A stretch of 5,714 bases of DNA from a virus, in the IMG/VR virus record IMGVR_UViG_3300045988_000358, positions 1 through 5,714 of that record. One strand, written 5' to 3'. Within the stretch, counting starts at the first letter, position 1, and every line of letters starts with the position of its first letter. Both the position numbers and the translations under genes were made by a program. Positions 3,617 through 5,714 of this stretch are shown one piece after another. The notes under the pieces are model-generated. The model worked only from the letters and a program-made list of their open reading frames with translations. It made no database searches and was not told the DNA's origin.

Positions 3617-4476
3617 CTTAGATAATCACCTGGCTTTCTCTTTTCTCCGTATGCTCCAGTTTTGTCCTGCGGCTTCATGCCCCTACTTTGTTCTTTGACT
3701 TTTCCCGTTTTTTCTGTTGCTTTTTCGATTGCTTTGCTTGTGTCGTTTCCGACTTCTGTAAGTGCTTTTTGCAGTCCGTATGGCGTCATGTGTGTCGAAC
3801 TAAGCATCTGCTGCCAGCTTTCTGCTGCATTATACCAATCACTTTTACTCCAGCTTGAGCTTGAGTATGCATTTGGTACAAACCCACCGCTTCTGCTTAC
3901 TCCTAGTGCGCTACTGCTTGCTAAACCCATGCTTGCACCGCTGATTGTTCCTGCACTTCCTCCTGGTGTGCTTGCGCCGCCGTTTGAGAACGCTAAGATA
4001 GGGTTAAGTCCTGCCTTTCGCATGTCTTCAACTGCTCGCTGGTAACTTGTATTGCTCATGTGCTCTTGCCATTCACGGTTTGCTAGTGCTTCTGCACTGT
4101 TGTAGTTCATTGCTACGCTGTTTTCAATATGGTTGTATACGCCTTGCATGATTGCTTGTAAGGTGTTGTATCCCATTTGTTTTAGCATGCTTTGGCTGTT
4201 ATATTTACCTTGCATGGCAGCTTCTTGCCCTTGGTATGCGTATGCCTGTTTAAGCCAGTCATTTACCTGTTGGATGTTTGTTCCGGCTTGGCTTCCACTC
4301 TCTGAGTGTCCACCGCCTTGGCTTGTGCTCCCGCCTTGGCTTTGGCTGTTGCCTGTCTGACCCCATCCACCAAAAGCTCCAGCAACGTTTTTTGCTGCTC
4401 CGGCGATTGTTCCGACCGTATTCGCTACGTTTCCTGCTACGTTTAGTGCTGTTAAGATTCCTGATAATACTCCCAT
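3613..4476 (-). CDS. VP2: Minor capsid / DNA pilot protein VP2, 287 aa.
   Basis: The N-terminus is Gly/Ala/Val-rich and hydrophobic (MGVLSGILTALNVAGNVANTVGTIAGAAKNVAGAFGG, with a 12-nt tandem gctacgttt repeat at 4424..4444). An S/Q/G low-complexity tract follows. The conserved core HMSNTSYQRAVEDMRKAGLNPILAF matches the sntayQRa..Dm..AGLNP.La signature I recall for gokushovirus VP2. The gene lies directly after VP1. Confidence 0.85.
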   Translation of the reverse strand: MGVLSGILTALNVAGNVANTVGTIAGAAKNVAGAFGGWGQTGNSQSQGGSTSQGGGHSESGSQAGTNIQQVNDWLKQAYAYQGQEAAMQGKYNSQSMLKQMGYNTLQAIMQGVYNHIENSVAMNYNSAEALANREWQEHMSNTSYQRAVEDMRKAGLNPILAFSNGGASTPGGSAGTISGASMGLASSSALGVSRSGGFVPNAYSSSSWSKSDWYNAAESWQQMLSSTHMTPYGLQKALTEVGNDTSKAIEKATEKTGKVKEQSRGMKPQDKTGAYGEKRKPGDYLR

Positions 4477-4478
4477 TC

Positions 4479-4504
4479 AAAAATAGCCCGGATTTCTCCG
4501 GGCT
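4479..4504 (-). terminator. Intrinsic-terminator-like hairpin between VP1 and VP2: an 8-bp GC-rich stem, a GAAA loop and a T5 run.
   Basis: The coding strand reads TAA-gaaa-GGAGGA-AGCCCGGA-GAAA-TCCGGGCT-A-TTTTT-GA-ATG. The stem is 4504..4497 / 4492..4485, the loop is 4496..4493 and the T-run is 4483..4479. It follows the most highly expressed gene, as phiX174 terminators follow its structural genes. Confidence 0.5.
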
Positions 4505-4514
4505 TCCTCCTTTC

Positions 4515-5714
4515 TTACAGTTTGTACAAGCCCGGTACGCTGTACAACGGCATCCGTCTTGTGGTTTTGTTTGCTACGCGTATTGCGCCGAAAAATTGCG
4601 GCTCGTCCTGTACGATGAGTGTGCGTGCAATTTCTTCTTTTCCTTCTGCCATCCATCCTTGCGAGAGTGTCGGTACGGTTGAATAGTTGTCGGCATAGTG
4701 CCAGAAGTCCAGCGTTCCTGTTGCGTTGCTTCGCATTTTACCGGATACCCGGTTAGGCTTCATTCTGTAGTCTGCCCATGCTTCCTGGTATCCGAAGGTT
4801 TCATCATCTGTATTTGAGCCGGTCAACATGATTTCTTTCTTTTTGACAGGCTGTTCACCTAAGTTTGCGAACTGCGGCACGTAATAGTCGAGCCTGTCTC
4901 TTCGACTCCAAAAACGTTCCAAGCCTTGCTGATAACTGTGATTGTGCCGTACACAACATACACCGATTACAAAACCGTGCTCTTCGAACGATTTGGTAAA
5001 ACTGCTTTCGTTGATTGGCGTTACTGACATTGCACCGGTTTCGCCGATAGGTGTGTCTGTATCGGCTTGCTGTCCGCTGGTCTGCACGATTTGGTTCATG
5101 TTGACATGGTATCTTCCACCGCCAAGGTATTCCGGAATTTGTACAGTTTTATCCGAGATAACCACATTCCATAGTGCTTGTACCTGTTCGCGGTATCTGC
5201 TGCCACCGCGTGCAAGTTCTTCGTAGTACTGTTGTACTGCTACGGCTTTTCTCAAATCGTTGATGGTTGCTGCGTTTACTCCTCCCAGGTCCGCACCTAA
5301 GAATCCACCTTTTTGTACAGTGCCTAGGCTTGTTGATGCGCCTGAAACATATGCAGCGTTTGGGTTGCTCTCTGTTCCTACTGAATTATATATTTTTGGT
5401 TCTGCTGTGGTTACTCCCGTTGCTGTACTGTTCAAGAAAATGTCATTGCTTGGTGTCAACTTCTTTTTCAGGTCGGCGCTGGCGAATAGGTTTACTGGTG
5501 CATTGCCTTCTATCGTCAGTGGCACTGCCGGCCCGCGCTGAGGATAAGGCAAACAGCTGGTAAAGTAGTCGTGGAATTTGTTTACCGGTAAGCATCTGCC
5601 ACCTCTTCTGGCTTCCGATAGGGTTTTTTCAAATGTTTCTTCGGTAGGTTTTTCATCCAAGTATGCTACGTCTTCATCATCTGTTTTAATTACTGCCGCG
5701 TTGCCTACGTTTTC
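4515..5714 (-). CDS. VP1: Major capsid protein VP1, C-terminal part. The unique sequence is 4515..5659. 5660..5714 repeats 1..55 and remains in the open frame.
   Basis: The 381-aa ORF ends ...RRMPLYSVPGLYKL with TAA at 4517..4515. The M at the track start is a TTG (5660..5658) that is really an internal Leu codon. There is no stop between 5660 and 5714, and the frame is continuous with 1..544. Length and conserved N-terminus fit the Microviridae F/VP1 capsid family. Confidence 0.93.
   Translation of the reverse strand, partial: ENVGNAAVIKTDDEDVAYLDEKPTEETFEKTLSEARRGGRCLPVNKFHDYFTSCLPYPQRGPAVPLTIEGNAPVNLFASADLKKKLTPSNDIFLNSTATGVTTAEPKIYNSVGTESNPNAAYVSGASTSLGTVQKGGFLGADLGGVNAATINDLRKAVAVQQYYEELARGGSRYREQVQALWNVVISDKTVQIPEYLGGGRYHVNMNQIVQTSGQQADTDTPIGETGAMSVTPINESSFTKSFEEHGFVIGVCCVRHNHSYQQGLERFWSRRDRLDYYVPQFANLGEQPVKKKEIMLTGSNTDDETFGYQEAWADYRMKPNRVSGKMRSNATGTLDFWHYADNYSTVPTLSQGWMAEGKEEIARTLIVQDEPQFFGAIRVANKTTRRMPLYSVPGLYKL
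5660..5714. repeat. Terminal redundancy, copy 2 (identical to 1-55).
   Basis: Exact 55/55 identity with the window start. Confidence 0.95.

Noticed and set aside
4259-4480. 73-aa Arg/Lys-rich ORF overprinted on the VP2 N-terminus, with a TTG start 4 nt upstream of the VP2 ATG.
   Set aside because: Overlapping genes are real in Microviridae, which made this tempting. However, a frame shift of the GGN/AGC/CAA-rich VP2 low-complexity region automatically yields an R/K/S-rich open frame. The start is TTG and there is no SD of its own. It would need conservation or synonymous-site constraint in relatives to be believed.
1-5714. Lysogeny or mobile-element signatures (integrase, attP, transposase).
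   Set aside because: No ORF has integrase- or transposase-like motifs. The 55-nt end repeat is explained by circular assembly, not by terminal repeats of a mobile element.

Overview
The window is one complete circular Microviridae (gokushovirus-like ssDNA phage) genome, given as the reverse complement of the coding sense. Bases 1-55 are identical to 5660-5714, so the unit genome is 5659 nt and the window is a circular assembly with a 55-nt overlap. All credible genes are on the minus strand. In transcription order they are: a near-consensus promoter (2098..2070), an M15-family zinc peptidase (129 aa), two tiny coupled ORFs (40 aa and 75 aa), a 40-aa arginine-rich J/VP8-like DNA-binding protein, a VP5-like protein, the VP3 scaffold, the VP1 major capsid protein (562 aa, split across the window ends), a hairpin, the VP2 pilot protein, the VP4 HUH replication initiator, and a final hairpin. 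Three ORF-track start sites look wrong: they are alternative-start extensions upstream of good Shine-Dalgarno/ATG pairs. Two 40-aa genes are missing from the track and were found by hand translation. The most unusual parts are as follows. (a) A peptidoglycan-type M15 peptidase with no signal peptide and no holin anywhere in a 5.7-kb microvirus, placed first behind the main promoter. (b) A 552-nt non-coding region, about 10% of the genome, that holds eight TTCAACA iterons plus one degenerate TTCAAC copy in two blocks around small palindromes, a repeated CGCTTTAGCG motif, and a 43-nt purine/pyrimidine-alternating GC-rich imperfect palindrome. (c) A VP1-VP2 junction in which a GNRA-loop hairpin lies between the only Shine-Dalgarno sequence and the VP2 start codon. 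All protein family assignments come from motifs I recognised by eye. No database search was possible.
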